64,000 nt of DNA. Origin: Malacoraja senta. Its lineage: Eukaryota. The position numbers and the translations under genes are program-made. The stretch lies in assembly GCA_038087875.1 (NCBI GenBank), contig CM075989.1:5208001-5272000 (forward strand). Reading direction: 5' to 3'. Of the stretch, positions 62,396 to 64,000 are shown piece after piece. Within the stretch, counting starts at the first letter, position 1; every line of letters starts with the position of its first letter. Below the pieces are notes generated by a model that did no database searches, was not told the origin of the DNA, and worked only from the letters and a program-made list of their open reading frames with translations.

Positions 62396-62666
62396 AAAAT
62401 CAACTACAATTCACAAGACTTGGCCATCCTCTGTCAGGTAACACCATCGCCTTCCATGTCATTCGGTTTCTCTTGGTATCCACCTGATCATAGTCATTTC
62501 CTTGCTTCTCTCCAATCTTCCCCCCACCCCTACCCCTTCTCTACAACTTAAGACACGTTCAGTTTAGTTTAGTTTGTGTTTAGTTCATTGTCATGTGTAC
62601 CGAGGTACAGTGAAAAGCTTTTTGTTGCGTGCTAACCAGTCAGCAGAAAGACAATGATGAAAAATG

Positions 62667-62762
62667 AGTCTGAAGAAGGGTCTCGACCCGAAACGTCACC
62701 CATTCCTTCTCTCCAGAGATGCTCCCTGTCCCGCTGAGTTACTCCAGCTTTTGTGTGTCTAA
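62667..62762 (+). repeat. Penelope terminal repeat with intact hammerhead core, inside a Rex-like tail
   Basis: CTGAAGA 62670-62676, GAAAC 62690-62694, GTC 62695-62697. Confidence 0.75.
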
Positions 62763-63699
62763 CCACGGTGTACAGACACACGATAAAGGGAATACCGATT
62801 AATGCAAGATGAAGTCCAGTAAAGTCCAATTCAAAAAAGTCCAAGGATCTCCAATGAGGTAGATGGTAGCTCAGGAATGCTCTCTAGTTGTTGATAGGGG
62901 GATTCAGTAAAGTTTCTAACTTTTCCTAGTTCTAATTAAGGTCACCAGTTTGAAGCTCTAACTTTGCTTCTCTTCACCAATGCTGTAAAATTCACGGAGT
63001 AATTCTGACTTTTTGACATTTTTGTCCCGCCTGTTGACGTTTGGCACACACCCCTCTAAACCTCTTCCATGCAAGGTCCTCTCCAAATGTCTTTTAAATG
63101 TTGTAGTTGCACCTGCCTCAACGACCCACTCCGGTAGCTTGTTCCAAATGCCCACCACCCACTGTTTGAAAAAAATTGTCCTTCAGGTTCCTATTAAATA
63201 TTTTAAATCTCACCTCACGCCTACGCCCTCAGGTTCTTGTTTCCCCTTCGCTTCTGCATGATCATTTCCATTCCACTTTGACGGATGCTTTTGCCATTTT
63301 CTGACTCACTCAGTTCTTCAGGTTGTTGTCCAAATGCAGGGTTCTCAAGCCCACACTGTATCCTTTCCTTCTCCCATTTTGAGCTGAGGGAAGTATATCA
63401 CCACAGCAGAGGGTGTCCCAGCTTTAGCTGGTGTCCCATTCTTACACACTGCATTTACTCCCGAGGTCAGATAACAGACCAATTACTTAAAGAAGCAGCA
63501 TTCAATGATGGCATGGAGCCAGACGATGTTACAGGTTCAGCTGCAAACAAGTACCTGTCCCTGCCTGCAGCCGGAGTGGAATATCTTTTATCACCTGGGA
63601 TTGAGGAAATTCTTAGCGATGATGGAAAAAGTTATCTAAAAGATTTCCAAGTGTCGCACCCAAGACTATTCCAGATGTTATTGTGGTGCCAAGTTCACA

Positions 63700-63930
63700 A
63701 GTTATAGGAGTAGAAATATGCCATTCGGCCCATCGAGTCTACTTCGCCATTCAACCATGGCTGATCTCTGCCTCCTAATCTCATTTTCCTGCCTTCACCC
63801 CATAACCCTTGACTCCCATTCAAATGAAGAACTTGTCTGCTTAAACATATCTGACTTGGCCTCCACAGCCCTCTGTGGCAATGAGTTCCACAGAGTAACT
63901 ACCCTCTGACTAAAGAGGTTCCTCCTCACC
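63700..63930 (-). mobile_element. CR1 3' tail (another at about 63015-63245)
   Basis: Matches other CR1 tails. Confidence 0.8.
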
Positions 63931-64000
63931 TTGTTAAAAGATTGTATGGTACCTTATAATCTATTTTGGGTTTTAAAAGTTAATGGATTGGGGAAGAAGG

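Noticed and set aside
63285..63707. 140-aa ORF as candidate exon 2
   Set aside because: No recognisable domain, weak acceptor, no convincing donor, and it runs into a CR1 tail.

Overview
A repeat-dominated vertebrate genomic window. The abundant HE1-type V-SINE and HER1/CR1 LINE tails point to a cartilaginous fish, probably a skate or ray (inference). Most of the sequence is nested transposable-element debris: CR1, Rex1/Babar-like, L1, RTE, Vingi-like and HERO (R2-superfamily) LINEs, Penelope-like elements, about 24 tRNA-derived SINE copies, three PIF/Harbinger-type MITEs and one non-autonomous Helitron. The only host-gene element I can support is a probable first coding exon encoding a signal peptide (31390-31456, +). 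It lies just downstream of a 2.3-kb (TG)n tract, and no second exon is recognisable in the remaining 32 kb. The most interesting signals are RNA-structural: (1) a TSD-flanked, ORF-less 412-bp element that begins with an HDV-like ribozyme fold (9865-10276); (2) many Penelope-derived repeats carrying minimal hammerhead cores, often as palindromic mini-elements; (3) a divergent GC-rich non-autonomous retroelement family with hairpins preserved by compensatory changes. Boundaries without stated TSDs are approximate, and all family assignments come from motif recognition, not database searches.
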